Notes: a model not told the origin generated them from the sequence alone. Positions 52,116 through 62,723 are shown, counted from the stretch's first letter. The stretch: 64,000 nt of DNA from an uncultured Actinomycetes bacterium (GCA_963725665.1 CAVRZA010000006.1:320001-384000); one strand, 5' to 3'. Translations and numbers: made by a program.

Positions 52116-53333
52116 CGCGCCTGCACCCCGCGCGTGCCGACGGGGACCATGTCGCCCTTGTGCGCCAGCCAGTCCGTGTAGATGTACATGAGCTCCTTGT
52201 CGAAGAGCGCCCGCTTGAGCTCGACGGCCGTCGTGCGCACGAGGGCGAGGATCTCGTTGCACTCCTCCGCCGTGAGCTCGAGCCCGAACTCCTGGAACTT
52301 GCGGTAGACGGCGCGCGACCCCGAGTGCTTGCCGATGACGATCTGCCGCTCGAGGCCCACGTCCTCGGGTGCGAAGGCCTCGTAGTTGAGCGGGTTCTTG
52401 ATGACGCCGTCGGCGTGGATGCCCGACTCATGGGCGAAGACGTTGGTGCCCACGATCGACTTCCAGGCCGGGATGGTGCGCGCGGAGGCGGCGGCCACGT
52501 ACTCGGAGAGCTCGCGGAAGCGGGTCGTGTGCAAGCCGACGTCGACCTTGCCGATGTACTTGAGCGCCATGACGACCTCCTCGAGCGCCGCGTTGCCCGC
52601 GCGCTCGCCCAGGCCGTTCACGGTCGTGTTGACCCAGGTGGCGCCGGCCTTGATGCCGGCGAGCGTGTTGGCCGTCGCCATGCCGAAGTCGTCGTGCGTG
52701 TGCATCTCGATGTCGATGCCCACCTGCTTCCTCAAGAAGCTGATCACGTTGTAGGTGTCGAAGGGATCGAGGATCCCGAGCGTGTCGCAGAAACGCAGGC
52801 GGTCGGCGCCGACCTCCTTGGCCGCCTTGCCGAAGCGCACCAGGAAGTCGAGATCGGCGCGCGAGGCGTCCTCGCCGTTGACCGAGACGTACAGACCCTT
52901 CGACTTGGCGTAGTCGACACAGCTCTTGATCTGCTCGAGGACCCAGGAGCGTGACTTCTTCAACTTGTGCTCGATGTGGATGTCGCTCGCCGACATCGAG
53001 ATCGCCACCGCAGTCGACGCCGCAGTCGAGCGAGTGGTCGATGTCGGCCACGACGGCGCGGTTCCAAGCGAGGATCGAGGTGTGCAGCCCCATGTCGACG
53101 ATCTCTTTGATCGTCCCCTTCTCGTCGCCCCCCATCGCGGGGATGCCGACCTCGATCTGGTGGATGCCGACCTCGTCGAGAAGTCTCGCGATACGCTTCT
53201 TCTCGTGATTGGAGAACACGACGCCGGCGGTCTGCTCGCCGTCGCGCAGCGTGGTGTCATCGACCAGGATCGCCGGGCCCTGCTGCGGCGGTCCCTCTTC
53301 GATGACGAACGTGGAGAGGTCGCTTGCGGACAC
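52112..53333 (-). CDS. Homocitrate synthase/Re-citrate synthase family protein (NifV/AksA-like); +1 frameshift at about 53012
   Basis: DTTLRDGEQ, then other frame AISMSASDIH, HTHDDFG, GERAGNA, HESGIH, GKHSG. Confidence 0.85.
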
Positions 53334-53751
53334 GGTATCACTCACCCTTCTTACGTCTGGACCGCGAGCGGTCGCGCCCGCGGCGGCCGGGGCGGGAGGC
53401 AACCGACATCGCGATGGGGTCCGGCGCCGGCCGAACCGTGACGGCATTGTTCCACACGGCGAAACGGCCGCGCAAGCGCGCGCACCCGCCGCCGTCAAAG
53501 AAGACACCTGCTCAGAGGCGATTCTCCCCCGCTCACGCGGCCCTGAATCGCCTCGCCCGCGCGGTGGCGTACAGCCGCCTCGCCAGCACGACGGACAGCG
53601 GCTTTGGGGAGAGCCCTCTATCCTCGTGCGTCGGCCTCACTCTCCTTGACAGGGTCGAAGCGCTCTGGTCTGCTCCACGGCAGCGCCGCAAGGTAGGCGG
53701 TGCCGTCGCGACAGCGCTCACGGATGGTCGACCTTCGCAAGGGGTGACGAA

Positions 53752-54450
53752 ATGACGAGGTACGAGGCGACCTACCCCAGGCACACGTGGGCGATCGCGA
53801 GCGAGGACAGAGACGGCTTCAAGAGGGATATGCACGAGATCTGCGCCGGGGCTGTCGCCAAGGGTGCGGACTTCGCCGATCTGATCGAGGCCCGCCACGT
53901 GGCGGTCGATGAGCGCGTCACACTGAAGTGCAGGATACCGCCCTGCGAGTGCTACGGGCAGTGCCTCATGGACCCGCCCTACTCCCCCACGGCCGAGGAG
54001 ACGGCCAAGGTGGTCGCCAAGTACAAGTACGGCATCCTCACCGAGGTCTCGACGGCGCTGAGCGACGAGTACTGGGAGCTCATCCAGGGCGATCAGCCTC
54101 TGTGTCGCCTGCAGTACGACGAGCGCGGTATCGAGTTCGATCGCACGGTGCAGCGGCCGCTCTGGTTCAGGCTGCACAACATCGTCATGGAGATGGAGCG
54201 CAAGGCGCACAACCTGGGCTACTTCTTCGCCGTCGGCTACGTGGCCTCCACCTGCTACCTGTGCTACGACCCTGACGACCCGGTCAGCTACTGCGACACC
54301 ACCGGCCTCTGCAAGCGCCCCTACGAGGCGCGCCCCTCGATGGAGGCCGCCGGCATCGACGTCTTCAGCACCTACCACAACACCGGGCGCAGGCTGAAGA
54401 TGGGCTCCAAGGAGAAGTTCAGCTGGAGCGGCTTGGTGCTGGTCGTCTAG
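53752..54450 (+). CDS. DUF2284-like Cys-rich metal-binding protein
   Basis: C....C..YG....PP, CYLC, C..P..ARPSMEA.GIDV. Confidence 0.75.
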   Translation: MTRYEATYPRHTWAIASEDRDGFKRDMHEICAGAVAKGADFADLIEARHVAVDERVTLKCRIPPCECYGQCLMDPPYSPTAEETAKVVAKYKYGILTEVSTALSDEYWELIQGDQPLCRLQYDERGIEFDRTVQRPLWFRLHNIVMEMERKAHNLGYFFAVGYVASTCYLCYDPDDPVSYCDTTGLCKRPYEARPSMEAAGIDVFSTYHNTGRRLKMGSKEKFSWSGLVLVV

Positions 54451-54519
54451 GCGGCGCCGCGGCCGGCGCGTGAGAGGCCCGGCCGCGCGCCAGCCGCGCG
54501 CGGACCGCCGCACCGGCGT

Positions 54520-55977
54520 CTACACCTGCGCCAGCGCCTTGCGCACGAGCTCGTTGACGAGCTTCGGGTTGGCGCGCCCCTGCGTCGCCCTCATGACCTG
54601 GCCGACGAAGAAGCCGGCCACCTGCTCCTTGCCGGCCCTGAACTGCTCGACCTGCTTGGGGTTGTCGGCGATCACCTGCGCGACGACGCTCTCGATCTCT
54701 CCGACGTCCGAGACCTGGGCGAGCCCGTGCTTCACGACAACGACCGCAGGCTCGGCGCGTTCCTCGACCATCAGCCTGAAGACGTCCTTGGCTCCCGAGC
54801 TCGAGACGGTACCGTCGCCGATCAGGCCGACGAGCTGCGCCAGGCGTCCAGGGGTGACGTGGCCCTTGCCGACCTCGAGCCCGGCGGCGTTGAGGTGCCC
54901 CAGGTACTCGCCCATGGTCCAGTTCGCCAGCAGCTTCGTGTCGACGCCGCTCGCGGCGGCCTCCTCGTAGAAGCGCGCCAGGGCGCCCGAGCTGCCGAGG
55001 ACGAACGCGTCGTAGCGAGGCAGCCCGTAGTGGCCGATGAAGCGCTCGACGCGCGCCGCCGGCAGCTCGGGCTGGCTGGCGCGCAGCTCCTCGACCCAGG
55101 TTGAGTCGATCACGAGCGGCACCAGGTCGGGCTCGGGGAAGTAGCGGTAGTCGTGCGCCTCTTCCTTGGAGCGCAGCGGCGTGGTGGTCCCGGTCTCAGG
55201 GTCGAAATGCAGCGTCTCCTGGTCGATCGCGCCGCCCGCCTCGAGGATCTCGACCTGGCGCGGGAGCTCGGCCTCGAGGGCCTGCTGCAAGAAGCGGAAG
55301 CTGTTCATGTTCTTGAGCTCGGTGCGCGTGCCCAGCTCGGCGCTGCCCGCCGGCCGGACGCTGATGTTGGCGTCCCAGCGCACCTGGCCCTCCTCCATGT
55401 TGCACTCCGAGACGCCCAGCTCGACGATCAGGTTGCGCATCTGCTTGAGGAACTCCCCGGCTGCCTGGGGCGAGGGGATGTCGGGCTCGGTGACGATCTC
55501 GACGAGGGGCGTCCCGCCACGGTTGAAGTCGACCATCGAGTAGTCGCTGCCTGCGATACGCCCCGTCTCACCGCCCGCGTGCAGCAGCTTGGCCGCGTCC
55601 TCCTCGAGGTGCACGCGGTGGATGCGGCACGAGAGTGTCTCTTCGCCCAGCCAGTACTCGAACCTGCCGTTCACCGCGAGCGGCTCATCGTACTGCGAGA
55701 TCTGGTACGCCTTGGGAAGGTCGGGATAGAAGTAGTTCTTGCGGTGGAACACGTTGCGCGGCTGCACGGTGCAGTCGAGCGCCAGGGCGATGCGCGTGGC
55801 GTACTCGACGGCCCGCCGATTGACGACCGGCAGAGCGCCGGGATGTGCGAGACACACCGGGCATGTGTGCGTGTTCGGCGGCTCGCCCTTGGTCACCGCA
55901 CAGGCGCAGAACATCTTCGTCTGCGTGTCGAGCTCGACGTGCACCTCGAGTCCGATGACCGGTTCCCACGCAGTCAT
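54520..55977 (-). CDS. gatB: Asp/Glu-tRNA amidotransferase subunit B
   Basis: VIGLEVH, RKNYFYPDLPK.YQISQ, RSKEEAHDYRYFPEPDL. Confidence 0.97.
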   Translation of the reverse strand: MTAWEPVIGLEVHVELDTQTKMFCACAVTKGEPPNTHTCPVCLAHPGALPVVNRRAVEYATRIALALDCTVQPRNVFHRKNYFYPDLPKAYQISQYDEPLAVNGRFEYWLGEETLSCRIHRVHLEEDAAKLLHAGGETGRIAGSDYSMVDFNRGGTPLVEIVTEPDIPSPQAAGEFLKQMRNLIVELGVSECNMEEGQVRWDANISVRPAGSAELGTRTELKNMNSFRFLQQALEAELPRQVEILEAGGAIDQETLHFDPETGTTTPLRSKEEAHDYRYFPEPDLVPLVIDSTWVEELRASQPELPAARVERFIGHYGLPRYDAFVLGSSGALARFYEEAAASGVDTKLLANWTMGEYLGHLNAAGLEVGKGHVTPGRLAQLVGLIGDGTVSSSGAKDVFRLMVEERAEPAVVVVKHGLAQVSDVGEIESVVAQVIADNPKQVEQFRAGKEQVAGFFVGQVMRATQGRANPKLVNELVRKALAQV

Positions 55978-55979
55978 CG

Positions 55980-57494
55980 CTAGCCCTTCGGGCGCAGGCG
56001 CCGGGGACCCGCCGGTGCGCGCGCGCCGTCGCTCGAGTCACGGAACGTGGGCAGTTCGGCGAACCCGATGGCCTGCTCGAGGGCGTGCGCCGCATCGAGG
56101 ATGAGGTTCTCCGAGAACGCCGGGCCGATGATCTGGAAGCCCACCGGGAGCCCCTCCGAAAGGCCGCAGGGGATCGAGATCGCCGGCAAGCCGGCGAGGT
56201 TCACCGGGAGGGTGCAGATGTCGCTCATGTACATCGAGAGCGGGTCGGCCGTGCGCGCGCCGATGCGGAAGGCGACAGTGGGCGAGGTCGGCGCCACGAT
56301 CAGGTCGAAACGCTCGAACGCCTGCGCGAAGTCGCGGCGGACGAGCGTGCGCACCTTCTGCGCCGTGCCGTAGTAGGCCTCGTAGTAGCCGGACGAGAGG
56401 GCGTAGGTGCCGATCATGATGCGCCGCTTCACCTCGGCGCCGAAGCCCTCGCCGCGCGTGTGCTCGTACATCTCGATGAGGTCGCCGGCCTGCGGCGAGC
56501 GATAGCCGTAGCGCACACCGTCGAAGCGCGCCAGGTTGGCGCTCGCCTCGGCCGGCGCGATGATGTAGTAGGCGGGTAGGCCGTACTCGGTGTGCGGCAG
56601 GCTCATCTCCTCGCAGGCTCCGCCGAGCTCCTCGATGAGCGCCACGGTCTCGTCGAAGCGCTCCCGCACGCCGGGTTCGACCCCGGCGGCCAGGTACTCG
56701 CGCGGCACGCCGAAGCGCAGACCGTCGAGGCGCGTGGCGGCCGGCAGCTCGATCTGCGTGGGCAGCTCGACGCTCGTCGAGTCACAGGGGTCGCGGCCGA
56801 CGATGTGCCGCAGCAGCAGCGCGCAGTCGTAGACGCTGCGCGTCAGGGGCCCGATCTGGTCGAGCGAGCTGGCGAAGGCGATCAGTCCGTAGCGCGACAC
56901 GGCGCCGTAGGTGGGCTTCATGCCGACGACGCCGCAGAGCGAGGCCGGCTGGCGGATCGACCCTCCGGTGTCGGAGCCGATGGCCCAGAGCGCCTCGCCG
57001 GCGGCGACGGCGGCGGCGGAGCCGCCCGAGGAGCCGCCGGGCACTGTCGCCAGGTCCCAGGGGTTGTGCGTGGCAAAGAAGCCGGAGTTCTCGGTCGAGG
57101 AGCCCATGGCGAACTCGTCGAGGTTCGTCTTGCCCAACGTCACCACGTGGTCGCCCCACAGCCTGCGCACGGCCGTCGCCGTGTAGATGGGCTGGTAGTT
57201 GGCGAGGATCCGGGAGGCCGCCGTCGTGACCACGCCCTCGGTCACCATGTTGTCCTTGATGGCCGTCGGCAGACCGGCGAGGGCGCCGCGGCCGGCGCCG
57301 GCCTCGCGGTCGATCTCAGTGGCGTAGCGCGCGGCGTTGTCGGCCGTCACGAGGATGAAAGCCCTGACCCTGTCTTCGACGCGCTCGATCTGGCCGAGGT
57401 ACACCTTCATCAGCTCGGCCGCCGAGACATCGCCCTCGACGAGCAGGCGCTTCGCTTCGCGGGCGGTCAGCCGCAGGGGATCGAGGTCGGGCAT
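55980..57494 (-). CDS. gatA: Asp/Glu-tRNA amidotransferase subunit A
   Basis: [39 protein letters not shown]. Confidence 0.97.
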   Translation of the reverse strand: MPDLDPLRLTAREAKRLLVEGDVSAAELMKVYLGQIERVEDRVRAFILVTADNAARYATEIDREAGAGRGALAGLPTAIKDNMVTEGVVTTAASRILANYQPIYTATAVRRLWGDHVVTLGKTNLDEFAMGSSTENSGFFATHNPWDLATVPGGSSGGSAAAVAAGEALWAIGSDTGGSIRQPASLCGVVGMKPTYGAVSRYGLIAFASSLDQIGPLTRSVYDCALLLRHIVGRDPCDSTSVELPTQIELPAATRLDGLRFGVPREYLAAGVEPGVRERFDETVALIEELGGACEEMSLPHTEYGLPAYYIIAPAEASANLARFDGVRYGYRSPQAGDLIEMYEHTRGEGFGAEVKRRIMIGTYALSSGYYEAYYGTAQKVRTLVRRDFAQAFERFDLIVAPTSPTVAFRIGARTADPLSMYMSDICTLPVNLAGLPAISIPCGLSEGLPVGFQIIGPAFSENLILDAAHALEQAIGFAELPTFRDSSDGARAPAGPRRLRPKG

Positions 57495-57518
57495 GCTCAC
57501 GTCACCGCCTGCCGTCGT

Positions 57519-57800
57519 TTAGCCCATCTTGGGGACGCGGAAGCAATCGTCGCTCACCGCCGGGGCGTTCTTGAGCACCTCCGACGGCCGCCAGCTCGGC
57601 CGCGTCTTGTCGGCGCGGTACACATTGACGACCTCGAGCACGTGCGCCGTGGGCGCGACCTCGCCCAGCTCGAGCTCGCGCATCTTGTCGATGTGGTCGA
57701 GGATCTTGGCCAGCTCGCCGGTCATGCGCGCCACCTCGTCGGGCGACAGGTAGAGCCGCGCCAGGCGTGCGACGTGGCGCACGTCGTCTTCGCTGATCAT
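57519..57800 (-). CDS. gatC: Asp/Glu-tRNA amidotransferase subunit C
   Basis: VRHVARLARL, PTAH, NAP, FRVPK. Confidence 0.95.
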   Translation of the reverse strand: MISEDDVRHVARLARLYLSPDEVARMTGELAKILDHIDKMRELELGEVAPTAHVLEVVNVYRADKTRPSWRPSEVLKNAPAVSDDCFRVPKMG

Positions 57801-57975
57801 GACGTTGCGATCCGCCTCCGTGTGCGGGCAAAACGGGCCGCTATCCTACCACAGCGCGACGCCCTCAGACCGAGGGGGTCGGCCCGCCTCGCCGGTGAGA
57901 AGCTGAGCGGTCGGCCGCGTTCGATGTGACGGCTGATAAGCGTGCACCGTCTTCTACCTACGCTGGCCGTCGCGC

Positions 57976-58013
57976 AACAAAACGGCCCCGGCACCATGCG
58001 GTGCCGGGGCCGT
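57976..58013 (-). terminator. Intrinsic terminator after csp
   Basis: 14-bp stem ACGGCCCCGGCACC/GGTGCCGGGGCCGT followed by TTTGTT on the minus strand. Confidence 0.75.
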
Positions 58014-58038
58014 CGGCGTCGAGCTTCAGGCCTGCTGC

Positions 58039-58239
58039 CTAGACCGGCGTGACGTGCGAAGCCTGCAACCCCTTGTCGCTCTGGGCGATCTCGAACTCGA
58101 CCCGCTGACCCTGGGTCAGGGTCTTGTACCCGTCCATCGTGATCTCGGAGAAATGTACAAACAGATCCTCGCCGTCCTCCCTCTCGATGAAGCCATAGCC
58201 CTTTTCATTGCTGAACCACTTGACGGTCCCCTGCGCCAC
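58039..58239 (-). CDS. Cold-shock protein
   Basis: GTVKWF..KGYGFI, LFVHFS. Confidence 0.95.
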   Translation of the reverse strand: MAQGTVKWFSNEKGYGFIEREDGEDLFVHFSEITMDGYKTLTQGQRVEFEIAQSDKGLQASHVTPV

Positions 58240-58532
58240 GCCTCGCCCCTCCTGCTTGATACACGGGCCACGAATGGCCCTGAGCGCACCTCACAGCGCT
58301 CATAGAGGAAACGACAGTACACCAATCCCAGCGACCGTGTAAATACAGGTAGTAGGAATTCGATGGGTGGAGGATGACCGTGGCTCGCGGTGTCTGTTTA
58401 TGCGCTCGTCATGCGCAGCCCGCTCAAGGCGAAGGTCGCGTATGCGTCGAAACGCATAGAGGTCGCCGGTGCGTCTGCGCGCCGGGCGTCTCACGACGGC
58501 GCGCGGAGTGAGCCGCAACGGCCGCTGACGAC

Positions 58533-58577
58533 GACGGGGGTGGCAAGCGCCCCTCAAGGGCGCCTGCCACCCCCGTC
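58533..58577 (-). terminator. Long hairpin downstream of the nucleotidyltransferase-like gene
   Basis: GACGGGGGTGGCA...TGCCACCCCCGTC inverted repeat. Confidence 0.55.
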
Positions 58578-58617
58578 ACTTTCTCTGGCGACGGCCGCTA
58601 CGGCCGCCGACGAGCGA

Positions 58618-59427
58618 TCACCAGTCGGAGAAGCCCTGGTTGTACCAGATCTTCTCGGTGCCCTTCTTGGCCCGCTTCTCCCAGCCCTTGGTCTTCGGCT
58701 CGGCCTCGATGCGCGCCAGGAACTGATCGGCCACCTGCTTGACCCTGGCCTTCTGCTCGTCGCTCACGGCGGCCACGTCGTCGACGTGGTCCTTCACGCG
58801 GCCCAGGTTCGTCGTCGCCGTGTACCAGAAACCCCAGTCGTCGGCGAAGCGCTTGGCGACGTAGCTCTGGTTGATCTTCTTGGCGTCGTCGTCGCCGACC
58901 TGCGCGGTGATGAACAGGTACTCGATGTCCTTGAGGTCCTTGTCGTTGATCTCCCAGATCTGCAGCTTCTGCAGGAGGATGTCGGCCAGGCTGACGCAGC
59001 AGTCGTCGTACTCGAGCCGACCGTCGTACTTGACCTCATGGCAGTAGTTGAGGCTGTCGAAGAACACATCGATCATCGGCACGGGGCCGGCGTAGTAGAT
59101 ATGCCGCGTCTTGCCCGAGACCATGATGGTCTGCAGGTCTACCTCGTAGCCCATGCGCTTCATGAAGTCCATCATCTGCTTGCGCTGCTTGCCGTAGGCG
59201 GCGTAGTCGATATCGGTGAAGTAGCGGTCGCCGAGGCGCTCCAGCCTCGCGTACAGGTCGACCTGCTCCGGGAAGTAGTAGTGCAGCGCCAGAGGGCCCA
59301 TGACCCTCATGATGAGGCCCTGCTTGCGTGCCTCGTCGACGATGCGCTTGCCCTCGGCCAGGAACACCTCGGGCTTCGGATACTCCTCGAGCGGGATGTC
59401 CTTCGGCAGGATGAACGGCTTCGCCAT
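58618..59427 (-). CDS. Conserved hypothetical protein, probable Pol-beta-fold nucleotidyltransferase
   Basis: MGPLA...RYFTDID, IDVF, LLQKL...KDLKD motif pattern. Confidence 0.55.
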   Translation of the reverse strand: MAKPFILPKDIPLEEYPKPEVFLAEGKRIVDEARKQGLIMRVMGPLALHYYFPEQVDLYARLERLGDRYFTDIDYAAYGKQRKQMMDFMKRMGYEVDLQTIMVSGKTRHIYYAGPVPMIDVFFDSLNYCHEVKYDGRLEYDDCCVSLADILLQKLQIWEINDKDLKDIEYLFITAQVGDDDAKKINQSYVAKRFADDWGFWYTATTNLGRVKDHVDDVAAVSDEQKARVKQVADQFLARIEAEPKTKGWEKRAKKGTEKIWYNQGFSDW

Positions 59428-59496
59428 GCTATCTATCGCCCCCTTGTTGCCCGCGGGATCGGGCGGACGCCTCGCCTCTCTGAACGCCGGACGGCA

Positions 59497-60429
59497 TCAT
59501 CCGGAGGTGAAAACATAGTCCTTGACCTTCTTCTTGTCGAGCACGACGATGACGCCCTTCAGGATGCCCTCGGAGTATTCGCTGCCAGGGTTGATGATGA
59601 GCGTACGGCCGATCTTCTGCGCCCCGCGTGACTCGTGGATGTGCCCGTGCAGGCCGAGGAGCGGCTGGTGCTGCTCGATCATCCGCTTCGCGCCGAGGCT
59701 GCCGGCATGGATCTTCTCCTCCGCCGCCATGGTGAGGTTCTCGTCGAGCTTGGGGCAGAGATCGAGCGAGAAGCCGTGCGGCGGCACGTGAAAGTTGTAG
59801 ATCGCCTTCTCGTTGTCCTTGATGGGCGCGCATATCTCCTCGAGATGCGCGGCGAGCTTGTCCTCGCTCGTCTCGCGCGGCGTGTCCCAGGGTGTGGGGT
59901 TGCTCCACGAGCACGAGACCATCTCGTGACCGTCGATGTCGACGATGATGTTGTCGCAGGGCCTGATGAGCTTCATGCAGGAGATCATGTCGTCGACCTC
60001 CCAGTAGTCGTCGTTCCCCGGGCAGATGTACATCACGTGATTGGTGCCGGCGAGGCGCTCGTCGGCCAGATCGAGCCACTGCTGGATGCGCTGGTAGGCG
60101 AGGTGGTGGAACAGTTTGTCGATCTTGGCGGGGTCGGAGCGATAGTCATCGAACTCCTCGCGCGTCTGGTGCACCCAGTAGTAGCCGGCGTTCTCGACGA
60201 TCTTCTTGGTCTTCGCCAGCTCCTCCTCGGACTCGATGTCGAGATGGTTGCCCATCAGGGTGGTCTCCCAGCTCCCGCCCGGCTTCTCGACCAGCGGTAC
60301 GAGCACCTTGCCGAGCAGGTCGCCGTTGAGGATGGCCACGTCGATTCCGTAGATGGGCAGCGCGTTGAGGAACTTACGGAAGCAGACCATCGAGCCGTGG
60401 ATGTCGGTGACGTAGAAGAGCTTGATCAT
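59497..60429 (-). CDS. Calcineurin-like metallophosphoesterase
   Basis: TDIHG, NGDL, PGNDD, FHVPP, HGHIHE, INPGS. Confidence 0.88.
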   Translation of the reverse strand: MIKLFYVTDIHGSMVCFRKFLNALPIYGIDVAILNGDLLGKVLVPLVEKPGGSWETTLMGNHLDIESEEELAKTKKIVENAGYYWVHQTREEFDDYRSDPAKIDKLFHHLAYQRIQQWLDLADERLAGTNHVMYICPGNDDYWEVDDMISCMKLIRPCDNIIVDIDGHEMVSCSWSNPTPWDTPRETSEDKLAAHLEEICAPIKDNEKAIYNFHVPPHGFSLDLCPKLDENLTMAAEEKIHAGSLGAKRMIEQHQPLLGLHGHIHESRGAQKIGRTLIINPGSEYSEGILKGVIVVLDKKKVKDYVFTSG

Positions 60430-60450
60430 GCACTCACTCCCTCGACGCGT

Positions 60451-60486
60451 GTGTGGGGCGGCGGCCAGAAGGCCGCCGCCCCACAC
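60451..60486. terminator. 16-bp perfect hairpin between permease and phosphoesterase genes
   Basis: GTGTGGGGCGGCGGCC-AGAA-GGCCGCCGCCCCACAC. Confidence 0.45.
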
Positions 60487-60525
60487 AATACCACCATCCA
60501 GCTATCAGGAAAGCGACTCAGTCGA

Positions 60526-62148
60526 TCACTCCGGCGGCAGCTCGCCGTAGGTGACCGAAACGTCGACACCCACGGACTTGCTGCGCTGTTTCCAGATGTA
60601 GTACCAGGCGACGCCCAGCACCCAGACGCCGACGAACAGGATGATGGAAGGCGTCGTAAACGTCGCCGTCGCCGCGTTGTTGACGATGAAGTAGTACAGC
60701 AGGATCACGAGGTAGACGAGGTCCACCAGCGCGCCCCAGACCACCACCGGCAGTCCGAGGAAGTTCCACTTGTTGTACGGCGAGGTGTCCCAGACGCCCT
60801 TGCAGCGTTTCATGTAGGGGAAGAGCAGGGCCGCGATGGCCGTCGGGATGAACACCGAGGTGATCTGCATGCCGGTCACGACGATGTTCTGCATCTGGTT
60901 GGTCAGCCACGCGTAGTAGACAACCAGCAGCGCCTCGCCGAGCACCAGGCAGAGGATGTGGTTCTTCACCGGTGAGGCGAAACGCGGGTTGATGTCCGTG
61001 AACCACTTCGGGCCCATGCGGTCCATGCCCCACGCGAAGAGGATGCGCGGGAAGGCGAGGTACGAGAGGGCCAGCCACCACAGGGTGAAGGCGACGTACG
61101 AAGCGCCCATCATGAAGGCGAGGAACTTCGTCCACGCACTGGCAGTGCCGATGCAGTAGACCGCAAGGTCGACGAAGTTGCTGCCGAGGGGCATCTTGAA
61201 GGCGTCGATGGGGCCGTTGTTGTCGTTCCAGGCCGAGGCGTTCATGAACGTGTAGCCGACGGTCTTCTGAAGCACGATCGCGATCCAGAACATGAACACG
61301 AACGGCACGAGGATCGAGAACAGATTGGCCCAGATGATGGTCTTGTCGGGGCGCTTCACCTCGCCGGCGATGAACGAGATCGAGTAGGCGTAGGCGAAGA
61401 GCCACGACATGGCGACCATCACGCCGAAGGTGGCGCCCCAGCTCCACGTCGTCGGCATGGCCTGGCCGGCCGCGTCGCCGACCTGCTTGATGAAATCCAC
61501 GTACTTCGGCGAACCGCTAGCGGCGGCCGCTGCGTCCCACTTGCCGATGAAGGTCGCCTTGGACGTGAACGTGAGGACGAGCCCGATGATCACACAGCCG
61601 CCGATGCCGAAGACCATGACGATCTTCTGCGTAAGGGCGAAGATCTTGATACCGAACACGACGAAGAGGAACCCGATGACGTTGAAGATGCTGGCGATGA
61701 AGAAGGTGACCCAACTGGAGCTGACCAGCCAGTCGGCCGCACCTGTCCACCCGAGGTACTGGAACGTGATCACCAGGCCCGGGTCGACGGCCAGCGGCGC
61801 CAATACGTACAGCCAGATGAGCCAGATCGCGGCGTCGCCGAAGCTCTGCGCGATGCCGAATACCGGGTGGATGACACGGGAGTTGTAGATGTACTCGCCG
61901 CCCGACCGCGGCATGCTGCCGCCCAGGATACCCCAGACAAGCGGGAAGCCGATGCCGGCCAGCACGGCCGAGATGATGGCGGCGATGATCAGGTTGCCGC
62001 CGAGGAACACGCCGAGCCCGAGGCTGATGGTCACCCAGATGCTGGGTGTGAGCCCCTGGTTCATGAAGCCTACGGCGAACGCGTCCATCATCGAGAGGCC
62101 GCGTACGAGTCCGCTGGCCTTGCGCGCGTAGGCAAACTCTTCAGGCAA
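60526..62148 (-). CDS. APC family amino acid/polyamine permease
   Basis: RKASGLVR, MPRSGGEY.Y.SR, AGEVKRP, R.LFAWGMDR; many TM helices; TTG start after RBS. Confidence 0.88.
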   Translation of the reverse strand: MPEEFAYARKASGLVRGLSMMDAFAVGFMNQGLTPSIWVTISLGLGVFLGGNLIIAAIISAVLAGIGFPLVWGILGGSMPRSGGEYIYNSRVIHPVFGIAQSFGDAAIWLIWLYVLAPLAVDPGLVITFQYLGWTGAADWLVSSSWVTFFIASIFNVIGFLFVVFGIKIFALTQKIVMVFGIGGCVIIGLVLTFTSKATFIGKWDAAAAASGSPKYVDFIKQVGDAAGQAMPTTWSWGATFGVMVAMSWLFAYAYSISFIAGEVKRPDKTIIWANLFSILVPFVFMFWIAIVLQKTVGYTFMNASAWNDNNGPIDAFKMPLGSNFVDLAVYCIGTASAWTKFLAFMMGASYVAFTLWWLALSYLAFPRILFAWGMDRMGPKWFTDINPRFASPVKNHILCLVLGEALLVVYYAWLTNQMQNIVVTGMQITSVFIPTAIAALLFPYMKRCKGVWDTSPYNKWNFLGLPVVVWGALVDLVYLVILLYYFIVNNAATATFTTPSIILFVGVWVLGVAWYYIWKQRSKSVGVDVSVTYGELPPE

Positions 62149-62216
62149 GTCAGTGCCCCCTTTCCTTGACGACGGCGCCACTGAGGCGCGACGACGTCAG
62201 AGACTCCCCGGACCAC

Positions 62217-62723
62217 TTACTCCATACCGCCTCCCTGCTTCGCGCCTTCCTTTGCGTCAAGACCAGCGGGAAGATTCCACTGGTAGACGTCCTTGAGCTT
62301 CCAGGGGACCATGACGGTACGCGTCCGCGTGACCCCCGGCACCTTGCCGATCACCTCGTCGACGAAGCGCAGCAGCTCCTCGTTGCTGTGCGCGTAGATC
62401 TGGATGCTCAAGTCGCCGTCGCCCACGGAACCGGCGACGTAGCTCACGTTCTCGAACTTCACGAGCTTCTCGGCCACCTCGCGGAGTTGTCCCGGGGCGA
62501 CCTCGAGCATGACATCGCCGATCACCGCATAGCCCAGAGCCTGCGGTTGCACAACCGCGCTCACCAGGATCACGCCGCTGCGCACGAGACGGTCGATCCT
62601 GTAGCGCACCGACCGCTCGGAGAGGTGCCCGATGCGGCGCGTGATCTCCGCTGAGGACATACGCCCGTCTCGCAGCAGCAGGGCAACGATCTGGCGATCG
62701 ATCTCATCCAGGCGCAGCGCCAC
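62217..62723 (-). CDS. Lrp/AsnC family transcriptional regulator
   Basis: LDEIDRQIVALL..DGR.S, V..RI.RL...GVI, G..D. Confidence 0.9.
   Translation of the reverse strand: MALRLDEIDRQIVALLLRDGRMSSAEITRRIGHLSERSVRYRIDRLVRSGVILVSAVVQPQALGYAVIGDVMLEVAPGQLREVAEKLVKFENVSYVAGSVGDGDLSIQIYAHSNEELLRFVDEVIGKVPGVTRTRTVMVPWKLKDVYQWNLPAGLDAKEGAKQGGGME

Noticed and set aside
53345-53520. Riboswitch upstream of the synthase gene
   Set aside because: GC-rich pairing is possible, but I recognise no aptamer consensus; TTGCGC...TGGAACAAT is better explained as a promoter.
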